Below, piece by piece: positions 28,786-37,210 of a stretch of DNA of 64,000 nucleotides. A program made the position numbers and the translations under genes. Source of the stretch: Nitrospirota bacterium (GTDB lineage: Bacteria; Nitrospirota; Nitrospiria; Nitrospirales; Nitrospiraceae); assembly GCA_004296885.1 (NCBI GenBank), contig SCVN01000018.1, positions 2,980 to 66,979 on the forward strand, in the 5' to 3' direction. The number at the start of each line of letters is the position of its first letter. The stretch's first letter is position 1. The notes under the pieces were generated by a model. The model was not told the origin of the DNA. It saw only the letters and a list, made by a program, of their open reading frames with translations, and ran no database searches.

Positions 28786-29253
28786 TCAGATTCCCACCAG
28801 AACCCGGTGACCGCAAATCTTTTTCAGGGTATCCAAGACCTCCTCGCAGGAGAGAGCTTGTGCCCCTTTCCACTTGGCCTCTCCGGCCTGCAACACGAGG
28901 TCGTTGATGGAGAGAACTCCCCGGAGCATGCTCCCTTGATCCACCACCGGCAGGCGCCGCACTTTCTCGGTCGCCATGGTCCTGAGTGCCGCCCTGGCAT
29001 CGTCATCCTCGGCGCAGGTATAGGCCTTGCCCGTCATCGTCTCCCACACGGTGATGTAGGAGGCGGTCCGTCCCTTCGTGGCGACGGCCATGCAGATGTC
29101 CCGATCCGTGATCATGCCGATTACCTTACCGTCATGGTCCACGACCGGCAGCGAGCCGCAGTCGAAGTTCCACATGGACTCGGCGGCCTCGGCCAGGTTG
29201 GTGTGCGGGTGGCAGGAATGGACGACGGTCGCCATCACGTCACGGACTTTCAT
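28786..29253 (-). CDS. CBS-pair domain protein
   Basis: 155 aa with MKVRDVM...GSLPVVDHDGKVIGMITDRDI and RRLPVVDQGSMLRGVLSINDL. Confidence 0.85.
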   Translation of the reverse strand: MKVRDVMATVVHSCHPHTNLAEAAESMWNFDCGSLPVVDHDGKVIGMITDRDICMAVATKGRTASYITVWETMTGKAYTCAEDDDARAALRTMATEKVRRLPVVDQGSMLRGVLSINDLVLQAGEAKWKGAQALSCEEVLDTLKKICGHRVLVGI

Positions 29254-29296
29254 GTCACAACTCCTTTCGCGGTCTGGCTCAGCCGCACATCCCTGT

Positions 29297-29809
29297 TCAG
29301 CGCTCCCACCGGACGCGGATGAGCTGTTGATTGCGGGAATACCGTAAGGTGAGCGTCCCGTGATAGGCATGGCGCAACGCCTCGCCGATGCCTTGCGCCA
29401 AGTGCATGTCGGTGGTGGTCACTTCCACGCTGCTGTTTTTCTGATCGACCTTCATGACCCGCGAGAGGGGATGTTCCGCCTTGGCCTTCGCCTCTTCATT
29501 ATGGATGAGTCCCAGGATCTCGTCCCGATGCGCGGTGAGGAACGGCCCCTGCAGGGTCAGAATCCCGGATGGGTTCTGGTCGCTGATGCGCTCACAGGCC
29601 GGACAGATCGCCGCATGGGCTTTGGCCGGCCTGATCCCCCAGATCCAATGTCCCTTGTGAAACACCGCCCCGCATCGCGGACAGGCGGTCGGTTCCCGGA
29701 ACTTACCGCGGGCTTGGTACACGTCATGCCGGGCCTCTTGAATCGTCCGATCCCTGCGCGCCACCCGGACTACCGGATTGCCGTTGGACTTACCCGCTCG
29801 TACTGCCAT
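29297..29809 (-). CDS. Zinc-ribbon protein, NMD3-like (I recall this family labelled BCAM0308 family)
   Basis: CPRCG...CPACE motifs and a C-terminal TTDMHLAQGIGEALRHAYHG. The family name is from memory, not searched. Confidence 0.6.
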   Translation of the reverse strand: MAVRAGKSNGNPVVRVARRDRTIQEARHDVYQARGKFREPTACPRCGAVFHKGHWIWGIRPAKAHAAICPACERISDQNPSGILTLQGPFLTAHRDEILGLIHNEEAKAKAEHPLSRVMKVDQKNSSVEVTTTDMHLAQGIGEALRHAYHGTLTLRYSRNQQLIRVRWER

Positions 29810-29851
29810 ACAAAGGCTCCTCCTGAAAGGCTTCGGTTGAACTCTGTTACG

Positions 29852-30526
29852 TTACGCGCGCGATGCGCGCGGCCCTTCGCGCAACGATGCAGCCGCGGCC
29901 TGTAAATATCGGACGACCGCCGCATCTTCGACTTGCGCGAACTCCTCATAGTGGTTGCCGACGGCGAAGAACGGCTCCGGCGTCATCAGACAGACCAACG
30001 CGTCGACCTCCCGCTGCACCCGCAGCAGGGTCTCCCGTGGCCCGACCGGAATGGCCGCCACCAGTCGATCCGGCTTGAGCTTCTTCACCGCCGCGATCGA
30101 GGCAAAAAAAGTGGACCCCGTCGCAATCCCGTCATCCACCAACACAATCGTCTTGCCGGTCATCTGCGGCAGAGACCGGCCGCCGCGGTAAAGGGCCTGC
30201 CGCCGGGTAATTTCCTCTTCCTGGACTCGAATCGGCTTGTTGAGGTCCTCGCGGCCCAAGCCGAGATCCCGCAGCCCTTCCCGATTCAGATAGAGCGCGC
30301 CGCCTTCCGCCACTGCTCCAACGGCATATTCCGGGTTGCCGGGCGCACCCAGCTTGCGGACAATCAACACATCCAGCGGCAGGTGCAGCGCCAGGCTCAA
30401 CATATAGCCTACCGGCACCCCGCCACGGGGCAGCGCCAGGATCAACGCCTGGGGGTCGTCCCGATAGGCGCTTAACCGTTCCGCCAATAATCGCCCCGCT
30501 TCTTCCCGATCCCGCAAGATGAGCAC
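29852..30526 (-). CDS. Phosphoribosyltransferase-family protein
   Basis: Motifs ILALPRGGVPVG and PRPP-binding IVLVDDGIATGST. Confidence 0.85.
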   Translation of the reverse strand: MLILRDREEAGRLLAERLSAYRDDPQALILALPRGGVPVGYMLSLALHLPLDVLIVRKLGAPGNPEYAVGAVAEGGALYLNREGLRDLGLGREDLNKPIRVQEEEITRRQALYRGGRSLPQMTGKTIVLVDDGIATGSTFFASIAAVKKLKPDRLVAAIPVGPRETLLRVQREVDALVCLMTPEPFFAVGNHYEEFAQVEDAAVVRYLQAAAASLREGPRASRA

Positions 30527-30619
30527 GCCACGTCCTCCTGTTCGGCCCTCACCGGTTCGGGATCCGCCCCGCCGGACATTCCAATGCGGACCGGAAAGAC
30601 GGCTGGGAGGACCGGCCGC

Positions 30620-31075
30620 TCAGGCCACCTTGACCTCGATGCTCTTCGGCTTGGCTTTTTCCGACTTCGGCAGGTGCACCTTGAGCAAGCCGTCCTTGCA
30701 ATCGGCGGACACCTTGGACGCATCCGCATCTTCCGGCAAGGTGAAACTGCGCATGAAACTGCCATAGGCTCGTTCCACGCGGTGGTATTTCTTGCCCTTC
30801 TCTTCTTTCTCGTATTTCCGTTCCCCCGTGATCGTCAGCACATCCTCGTCGACGGTCAGCTTGATGTCTTCTTTTTTCACTTCTGGCAACTCGGCCTTGA
30901 TCAGATATTCCTTGTCGTCCTCGGTGATGTCCACGAGCGGGGCCCACTCGGCCACCGTCATGGCCTCCTCTTTGTCGCCGTTCTTGCGGACCGGCGCGCG
31001 GCCGAACATCGTGTTCAACCGACTCTGCATATCCTCCAGTTCCTTGAACGGATCCCAACGTGTGATGGCATTCAT
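30620..31075 (-). CDS. Hsp20/alpha-crystallin small heat-shock protein
   Basis: 151 aa with the alpha-crystallin domain DITEDDKEYLIKAELPEVKKEDIKLTVDEDVLTITGER...SFTLPEDAD...DGLLKVHLPK. Confidence 0.92.
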   Translation of the reverse strand: MNAITRWDPFKELEDMQSRLNTMFGRAPVRKNGDKEEAMTVAEWAPLVDITEDDKEYLIKAELPEVKKEDIKLTVDEDVLTITGERKYEKEEKGKKYHRVERAYGSFMRSFTLPEDADASKVSADCKDGLLKVHLPKSEKAKPKSIEVKVA

Positions 31076-31114
31076 AGCAACTCCTCCTTGTTGTGATGGA
31101 AGCGCGTTTGCCGC

Positions 31115-31396
31115 TTACCTTGAGATCTTGGTAGAATGACCGTAATCAGCGAGGCCTTGTGAGCCGTACCGCCCCCTTGTCGACTCCCCCGAACGAGGTC
31201 GGGCGTCTTCTCGTTGAAGACCCTCGTGCCTGTGTCCAACTCCGTGCAGGTCCACAATCTTCCCGCAGATGAGACACCGCCATCCCACAAGAGGATGAAC
31301 CTCCTCGCCCGGTCGCAACCCCGGCAGCCGCACCATGACCATCAGCCGGCCGCAACGCTGACAATGGCCGGGATTAACCCGCTTAGACGTGAACAC
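31115..31396 (-). CDS. Hypothetical small zinc-ribbon protein
   Basis: GTG start. Motifs CQRCG ... CLICG. Overlaps the upstream gene by 14 nt. Coding status uncertain. Confidence 0.4.
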   Translation of the reverse strand: MFTSKRVNPGHCQRCGRLMVMVRLPGLRPGEEVHPLVGWRCLICGKIVDLHGVGHRHEGLQREDARPRSGESTRGRYGSQGLADYGHSTKISR

Positions 31397-31610
31397 TGCG
31401 GCCCCCTTTCCTCCCCGGTTGGAGGACGTAGCGCCCCGTCCCCTTCGGCGTGAGGCAGACGCGGCCTTCCCGGCTGAGACGATCCACCTCGAGGAAAACC
31501 TGATTCCAGCTCAGGTCGGGGCAGGCCATGACCACTTCGTCCAGTAGACAGCCGGGCATTTGCGAGACCGTCTCGAGAATCCGGTCGGCCACCATCAACT
31601 GTCGGTTCAT
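31383..31610 (-). CDS. Hypothetical small protein (possible winged-helix)
   Basis: 75 aa beginning MNRQLMVADRILETVSQMPG. Good RBS GGAGG. First gene after the sigma-54-type promoter at 31677. Confidence 0.5.
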   Translation of the reverse strand: MNRQLMVADRILETVSQMPGCLLDEVVMACPDLSWNQVFLEVDRLSREGRVCLTPKGTGRYVLQPGRKGGRSVHV

Positions 31611-31661
31611 GGTACCCTCCTGGTTTTTTCCATAAGAGTCGAGATCGTCTCCTTCCGACTC

Positions 31662-31677
31662 TGCATGCCCGATGCCA
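31662..31677 (-). promoter_or_regulatory. sigma-54-type -24/-12 promoter candidate for the hsp20-containing operon
   Basis: The minus strand reads TGGCAT-CGGGC-ATGCA. Start codon lies about 50 nt downstream. ACAG-N15-CTGT and CTGTGG-N7-CCACAG inverted repeats lie 94-131 nt upstream (31771-31808). Confidence 0.5.
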
Positions 31678-31860
31678 GGACGAGCGGAAAGATCGGTTTT
31701 GTAACCCATTGAAACATAGCCTTGTTCTTGTGTTCTCTCGGAAGCGCATAAACCGGCGCGGCATTTCAGGACAGTGGGATAAACGGATACTGTGGACTCA
31801 CGCCACAGACTAATGATCATCGGGAGAGATTCGGCGAAGAATCCGGTCCGGGAGCGCTAA

Positions 31861-32187
31861 GGGTAACCCTTCGTCCGGAGAGTTGACCACCGGCAAGAGA
31901 TGCTTACTTCCTAACGTGGGAGGGTAGAGAAGCGGATGACGGTTCGCAGCCGAAGGTTGGTGACTCGCCCTCATGCAGCCAGCGTGCAAAGGGCGCCGCT
32001 CCTGTGCCGGAGCGGGATCGATCCGAAGGGACGCGCCGCCTCGCAGGTGCCCGTAGGCACAACCGGAGTTGGGCGGTGGCCCAAGGGAGGCGCGGGATGG
32101 CTAAGCGAGAGTGACCGCTGGGTTGTCCGGATCGGTTCTGGCCAGTCGGCAGGTTCGGTGGCCCACATGAGGGCGGGCCCGTTTTTT
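31861..32187 (+). ncRNA. Candidate structured non-coding RNA (family unknown)
   Basis: No credible ORF here. A 10-bp long-range pairing joins CGCCCTCATG (31966-75) to CATGAGGGCG (32166-75). Local hairpins include CCGCTCC/GGAGCGG and GTGCC-CGTA-GGCAC. It ends in a GC stem (32160-64/32175-79) followed by T6 (32182-87) on the plus strand. Confidence 0.3.
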
Positions 32188-32188
32188 G

Positions 32189-32383
32189 TTACAGTTGCTC
32201 CGGTTCCTGTCGTTCCGCCTCAGCCAGCAATCCGTAGGCAAGCAAGCGAGCTTCCCGCAGCGACAAGGATGTCGCTCCGTTCCCTTGGGGCTGGTCCCCA
32301 TGAATGGTGAGGATGAGTCCCTTGGCATCGAACATCGGTTCCAAGGAAATCGGCTGAATGGTCCGATCAATGACCTTGATCAT
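32189..32383 (-). CDS. Hypothetical small protein (64 aa)
   Basis: MIKVIDRTIQPISLEPMFDAKGLILTIHG... with RBS GGAAGGAAG. No family recognised. Confidence 0.45.
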   Translation of the reverse strand: MIKVIDRTIQPISLEPMFDAKGLILTIHGDQPQGNGATSLSLREARLLAYGLLAEAERQEPEQL

Positions 32384-32415
32384 GTCTTCCTTCCTCGCAG
32401 GCCGACCGCCGGCGC

Positions 32416-32715
32416 CTACCTGGCGGTTTTCAAGGCTTTCGTCAACGTCTGCACGACTGTAACGCGGGCATAGTACTTGCCGTTTGCCTCCACCACCGTC
32501 CAGGGGGCCCAGGTGGTGCTGGTCTTCTCCAGCATCTCCTCCACCGCTTCGTAGTACCGATCCCACTTCGCACAGTTCCGCTCATCTTTCCCAATGCGCT
32601 TGTAGGAACGGAAAGGGGCCACGCGGGCCTTGAACCGACGCAACTGCTCGTCCTGGAACCAGGCGCCACCTTGGCTCCAGAGCTGAATCGGTGCATGCCG
32701 GATGCCAGCGAGCAA
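32416..32715 (-). pseudogene. Polyphosphate kinase 2 (PPK2) C-terminal remnant
   Basis: The ORF tail ...DEQLRRFKAR..FRSYK....KWDRYYEAVEEMLEKTSTTWAPWTVVEAN.K.YARV.VVQT..KAL.TA. matches the last ~85 aa of the intact PPK2 at 35396-36100. The Walker-A half is missing. A 64-nt stretch, 32508-32571, is identical to 35488-35551. Confidence 0.7.
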
Positions 32716-32989
32716 GGGGAGCGCGTGCCATCCGTATGGACCGTCAAATGCACCGCAGCGAAGCGAAGTTACGGAACAGAAGCATCAGACATCGAGCCGT
32801 GCCGAATACGCTGTGTGGGGTGTTTCTCGTCAAGCCGATCAGGCCGATCTGCTGCGAAATGCCCCAGGCTGAAGCCGAGAGGATCGAACGGGCGTTGTTC
32901 ACAGAAGCGTGTGGGTGCTTTCCTGTTCTGTCCCGGACCGTTTGAGAACAATCCCACATGAGAAATAATGGGTGCGCGCCGTCTGGCTC

Positions 32990-33005
32990 TGGCATCCTCC
33001 ATGCA
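32990..33005 (+). promoter_or_regulatory. sigma-54-type -24/-12 promoter candidate upstream of SulP
   Basis: TGGCAT-CCTCC-ATGCA, 150 nt upstream of ATG 33155. Confidence 0.4.
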
Positions 33006-33154
33006 GCCTGTCTCGGAGGCCTTGCGCCGGGGATGAGCCGCCGTCCTTCGCTGACCGGTTTGGCCGGCCGCCCGACGGCTTGGCCTGATCCTATATCTGG
33101 CTGCGCACCGATGCACAAGACACAGGCCGGTCCGGCAACAAGGACCCGAGGATA

Positions 33155-35374
33155 ATGGCCTTACTGCGAACCCATGTGGCGGAGACTTGGGGCGGCCTCG
33201 CGGCCATGCTGGTCGCCCTTCCTTCCTCCATCGCCTTCGGACTCATCATCTACGGGACCCTGGGGCCGGCCTATGCCGCGCAAGGGGCGGTGGCGGGCAT
33301 CCTCGGGACGATCGCCATCGGGATCATTGCGCCCCTCTTCGGAGGGACGCCCCGTCTGATCTCGGCGCCCTGTGCGCCGGCTGCCGCAATCCTGGCCGCG
33401 TTCGTCGCCGATTGGCTCCAGCCCGGCCAGGCCGGAGCCTTACCGCCGATTCAGCCGGAACAGATTCTGATGCTGCTGACGCTGGTCGCCCTGCTGGCCG
33501 GCGCCATGCAGTTTCTCTTCGGGGTCATCGGCGGCGGCACCCTGATCAAGTATATCCCCTATCCTGTGGTGGCCGGTTACTTGAGCGGCGTGGGGCTGCT
33601 GATTCTCCTGGGTCAGCTTCCCAAACTCCTGGGACTGCAGAAAGGCACGGGCTTGTGGGACGGACTGGTGGCCCCCTCGACCTGGAGTCAGTTCGACCTC
33701 GGCGTGGGACTCGTGACGATCGGGGTGATGCTCCTGGCGCCGAAGGTCACTCGGATCGTGCCGGGTCCCATCCTGGGGCTCGCCGGCGGGATGGCGGCCT
33801 ATTTCAGCCTGGGGCTGTGGCACCACGAGTTGTGGACCCTGTCCGGGAATGCCCACGTCATCGGGCCGATCGGCGGAACCGGCGGCTCGCCGCTGGCGGC
33901 CATCACGGGCCATTGGAGCGCGATCGGCCGGTTGAGCCCGAGCGATCTGCAGTTGGCGCTGATGCCCGCCTTGACGCTCGCCGTCCTGCTGTCCGTCGAC
34001 ACCCTCAAGACCTGCGTGGTGGTGGATGCGTTGACCAGGAGCCGGCACCGGTCCAACCGAGAACTGGCGGCGCAGGGCCTGGGCAATCTGGCGTCGGCTG
34101 TCACCGGCGGCATCCCCGGCTCCGGCGTCATGGGAGCGACGCTGGTCAACATCAACAGCGGCGGACAGACCCGCTTGTCGGGCATCCTCGAGGGAACCTT
34201 TGCCCTGGCCGTCCTGTTGTTTCTAGGCTGGCTTGTGGCCTGGATTCCGGTCGCCGGCCTGGCCGGCATTCTGATCGTGGTCGCCTCCCGGATGGTCGAT
34301 CGGGACAGCGTGCGCCTGCTCGGGCAGAAGTCCACGATCCTCGATTTTGGGGTCATCGCCGCCGTCGTGGTGACGGCCGTCAGCGTCAACCTCATCGCCG
34401 CCGCCGGCGTCGGGGTGGGATTGGCGGTCATGCTGTTTCTCCGCGAGCAGATTCGCGGGACGGTCGTCCGCCGCAAGACCTCCGGCGGCCAGACGTTTTC
34501 CAAGCTGCGCCGGCTTCCGGAACAGGCGGCGGTCCTCGAGCAACAGGGCGACAGGACGGCGATCTATGAATTGCAGGGGAGTCTGTTCTTCGGGACCGCC
34601 GATCAGCTGTTCACGCAGCTGGAATCAGACCTGAAGCGCAAGACCTACGTCGTCCTCGACATGCGCCGCGTCCAATCCGTGGATTTCACGGCCGCGCATC
34701 TGCTGGAGCAGATCGAGGCGCGGCTTGCCGAACACAAGGGACGCCTCCTGCTCGCCAATCTCCCTCCCAGCCTGCCTACGGGCCAAGACCTGCAGAAGTA
34801 CTTCGACCAGGTGGGACTGGTCAAACCCTCCCGCAACGTCCGGATCTTCAACGAATTGGATGACGCCCTGGAGTGGATCGAGGACCGGATTCTGGAGGAG
34901 GCGCATCTGCTCCAGACCGGACCGGGAGCGCCGCTCGCACTGGCCGAGATCGACCTGTTCAAGGGCTTCGATGCCGACACGTTGACGGCTCTCGACGCCT
35001 GCGCCATGGAACGAACGGTCGAGGCGGGGCGGACGATCTTCAATCAGGGCGACGAGGGGGACGAGTTGTTTCTGGTCAGGAAGGGAAGCGTCCGGATCAT
35101 CCTCCCCCTGGAGGGGGGCAAGTCTCACCACCTCGCGACGTTCGGCAAGGGGGATTTCTTCGGAGACATGGCATTTCTCGACCGCGGCCTGCGGTCGGCC
35201 GCGGCGGTCGCGACGACCGCCACGGATCTGTACGTCCTGTCCCGCAGCCGCTTCGACGCCGCGGCCACGGACCATCCGATGGTGGGCCGGAAAACCTTCG
35301 CCCGCCTGGCCCGCGCGCTGGCGATCCGGCTGCGGCAAACCGATGCCGAGCTCCGCGCCCTCGAAGAAGCGTGA
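33155..35374 (+). CDS. SulP-family anion transporter with STAS and C-terminal cyclic-nucleotide-binding domains
   Basis: 739 aa. A multi-TM SulP core, then STAS (AIYELQGSLFFGTADQL...VVLDMRRVQSVDFTAAHLL), then a cNMP-binding fold (FNQGDEGDELFLVRKGSVRI...FGDMAFLD). Confidence 0.88.
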   Translation: MALLRTHVAETWGGLAAMLVALPSSIAFGLIIYGTLGPAYAAQGAVAGILGTIAIGIIAPLFGGTPRLISAPCAPAAAILAAFVADWLQPGQAGALPPIQPEQILMLLTLVALLAGAMQFLFGVIGGGTLIKYIPYPVVAGYLSGVGLLILLGQLPKLLGLQKGTGLWDGLVAPSTWSQFDLGVGLVTIGVMLLAPKVTRIVPGPILGLAGGMAAYFSLGLWHHELWTLSGNAHVIGPIGGTGGSPLAAITGHWSAIGRLSPSDLQLALMPALTLAVLLSVDTLKTCVVVDALTRSRHRSNRELAAQGLGNLASAVTGGIPGSGVMGATLVNINSGGQTRLSGILEGTFALAVLLFLGWLVAWIPVAGLAGILIVVASRMVDRDSVRLLGQKSTILDFGVIAAVVVTAVSVNLIAAAGVGVGLAVMLFLREQIRGTVVRRKTSGGQTFSKLRRLPEQAAVLEQQGDRTAIYELQGSLFFGTADQLFTQLESDLKRKTYVVLDMRRVQSVDFTAAHLLEQIEARLAEHKGRLLLANLPPSLPTGQDLQKYFDQVGLVKPSRNVRIFNELDDALEWIEDRILEEAHLLQTGPGAPLALAEIDLFKGFDADTLTALDACAMERTVEAGRTIFNQGDEGDELFLVRKGSVRIILPLEGGKSHHLATFGKGDFFGDMAFLDRGLRSAAAVATTATDLYVLSRSRFDAAATDHPMVGRKTFARLARALAIRLRQTDAELRALEEA

Positions 35375-35395
35375 GCAGAATCGTGACCGGTGCCG

Positions 35396-36100
35396 CTACT
35401 TGGCCGTCTCCAGGGCCTTTGCAATCGTCTGCACGACTTTGACGCGGGCATAGTGCTTGTCGTTGGCCTCCACCACCGTCCAGGGCGCCCAGGTGGTGCT
35501 GGTCTTCTCCAGCATCTCCTCCACCGCTTCGTAGTACCGATCCCACTTCGCGCGGTTCCGCCAATCTTCCTCGGTGAGCTTGTAGGAACGGAAGGGGTCC
35601 AGCTCTCGAGCCTTGAACCGGCGCAACTGCTCGTCCTGGTCGATATGCAGCCAGAACTTGACCACGACCGTTCCGAAATTGACGAGCTGCCACTCGAATT
35701 CGTTGATCTCCCGATAGGCCCGCTTCCATTCCTGCTCGGTGCAGAACCCCTCCACCCGCTCCACCAACACGCGTCCGTAGTGGGACCGGTCGAAGATGGC
35801 CAGCTGGCCCTGTGGCGCCAGGGCTTTCCAGAACCGCCAGAGATGGTGATGATGGGCCTCCGCTCCGGCCGGAGCCCCGAAGGTATTCACGTTGAACCCG
35901 CGCGGGTCGAGCGTTTCGGTCACCCGCTTGATGCTCCCTCCCTTGCCGGCCGAATCCCAGCCCTCGAAGACGGCCAAGGCCATTCGCTTTTCGTTGAACA
36001 AGCGCAGGGATTCGTTCCGGAGCCGCACCTGCCAACTCTTGATCTCGCCCCAGTATTTCTTTTCAGGCAGTTTTTTCCCGAGATCGACCCGTTCGAGCAT
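35396..36100 (-). CDS. ppk2: Polyphosphate kinase 2 (single-domain PPK2)
   Basis: Walker A FEGWDSAGKGG, FDRSHYGRVLVERV and lid region. RBS AAGGAGAAG lies before ATG 36100. Confidence 0.9.
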   Translation of the reverse strand: MLERVDLGKKLPEKKYWGEIKSWQVRLRNESLRLFNEKRMALAVFEGWDSAGKGGSIKRVTETLDPRGFNVNTFGAPAGAEAHHHHLWRFWKALAPQGQLAIFDRSHYGRVLVERVEGFCTEQEWKRAYREINEFEWQLVNFGTVVVKFWLHIDQDEQLRRFKARELDPFRSYKLTEEDWRNRAKWDRYYEAVEEMLEKTSTTWAPWTVVEANDKHYARVKVVQTIAKALETAK

Positions 36101-36908
36101 CTCTCTTCTCCTTTGCCGATGCGGCCGGCTTAGCCCCCCGCCGAGCGCGCGCTTCACGAGACAGTTGGCTGCGCCCGATTTCCACTCCATGAGCCTTCCG
36201 CCAGGCCAGCGCCTCTTCCATCGCCTTCACCAACGTTTCAAAGACCTTGATTTCTGAAAATCGGCCGTCCGTCGCCTCGACGATGGTCCATGGCGCGTAG
36301 GGCGCATCCGTCTTGGCCAGCATTTCTTCGGTCGCGAGGAGGTACTTGTCGTAATCCCGATGGTGTTGCCAGTCCCACTTGGTGACCCGCCAGCTCTCGA
36401 ATTTGTCCTTCTCCAGCTTCAGGAACCGGCGCTTCTGCTCTTTCTTCGAGATGTGCAGAAAGAATTTGACCATGACCGCCCCGTCCTCGGCCAGCTGTCG
36501 CTCGAACTGGCTGATCTCCTCGAAAGCCCGCTGCCAGACTTTCTTCGGCACCATCTTGGCAACCCGTTCGACCAGCACCCGGCCGTACCAAGAGCGGTCA
36601 AACAAGGCGATCTCACCGTCTTGCGGGAGGTGGACCCAGTAGCGCCAGAGAAACGGCTTGGCCTCTTCTTCGCTCGTGGGAGGGCGGGCCGGGTGGACCT
36701 TGAACCCGCGCGGATCCAGCCTTTCGAGGAGCCGCGAGATGATCCGCCCCTTGCCCGCCGCGTCCCACCCCTCGAACACGATGACGGTGGGAATCTCCGC
36801 CGCCTTGCATTGATACTGCAGAAGACGGAGCTTCTCGCGGAGCGGCGGCGCTTTCTTCTTGTAGCCATCTTTGGCCAACGAATGGGCCAGGTCGATCGTC
36901 TCCAGCAT
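36063..36908 (-). CDS. ppk2: Polyphosphate kinase 2 (second copy, basic C-terminal tail)
   Basis: Motifs FEGWDAAGKGR and FDRSWYGRVLVERV. Overlaps the next PPK2 start by 38 nt. Confidence 0.9.
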   Translation of the reverse strand: MLETIDLAHSLAKDGYKKKAPPLREKLRLLQYQCKAAEIPTVIVFEGWDAAGKGRIISRLLERLDPRGFKVHPARPPTSEEEAKPFLWRYWVHLPQDGEIALFDRSWYGRVLVERVAKMVPKKVWQRAFEEISQFERQLAEDGAVMVKFFLHISKKEQKRRFLKLEKDKFESWRVTKWDWQHHRDYDKYLLATEEMLAKTDAPYAPWTIVEATDGRFSEIKVFETLVKAMEEALAWRKAHGVEIGRSQLSREARARRGAKPAASAKEKRDARTGRSREKTA

Positions 36909-36925
36909 AGGGTCTCCGTGTTCGG

Positions 36926-37210
36926 TTAGGCGCGACGCTCGCCCGCGGGGCCGGATGCGGGCGCGGCCGTCAGATACTCGACGCAGGCATTCAACGAGGC
37001 GAGCTTCGGATAGTCCGCCTCCGGAATCTCCACCTGCAGGGCTTCGTGCAAAGCGATCACGAAGTTCAGAAAGTCCATGGAGTCGATATCCAGTTGCTCC
37101 CGGAAGCTCACGTCGGGCTTGAGCGAGGGCAAGTCCGCTTCCGGCGCGATCTCCCCCAGGATACGGAGGGCGATGCGTTTCACGTCTTCGGCGGTCAGTG
37201 GGGAACTCAT
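36926..37210 (-). CDS. Acyl-carrier-protein-like phosphopantetheine-binding protein
   Basis: 94 aa with the attachment motif [20 protein letters not shown] overlap with the E2 gene's stop. Confidence 0.8.
   Translation of the reverse strand: MSSPLTAEDVKRIALRILGEIAPEADLPSLKPDVSFREQLDIDSMDFLNFVIALHEALQVEIPEADYPKLASLNACVEYLTAAPASGPAGERRA

Noticed and set aside
31861-32187. Possible RNase P RNA, tmRNA, SRP RNA, 6S RNA, or cobalamin or c-di-GMP riboswitch.
   Set aside because: The hallmark conserved strings are absent on both strands: GGAAAGUCCGG and ACAGAA.CCGGCUUA for RNase P, the tRNA-like 3' end and tag ORF for tmRNA, GGAAGCAGCC for SRP, and the B12 box. I kept it only as an unclassified structured-RNA candidate.
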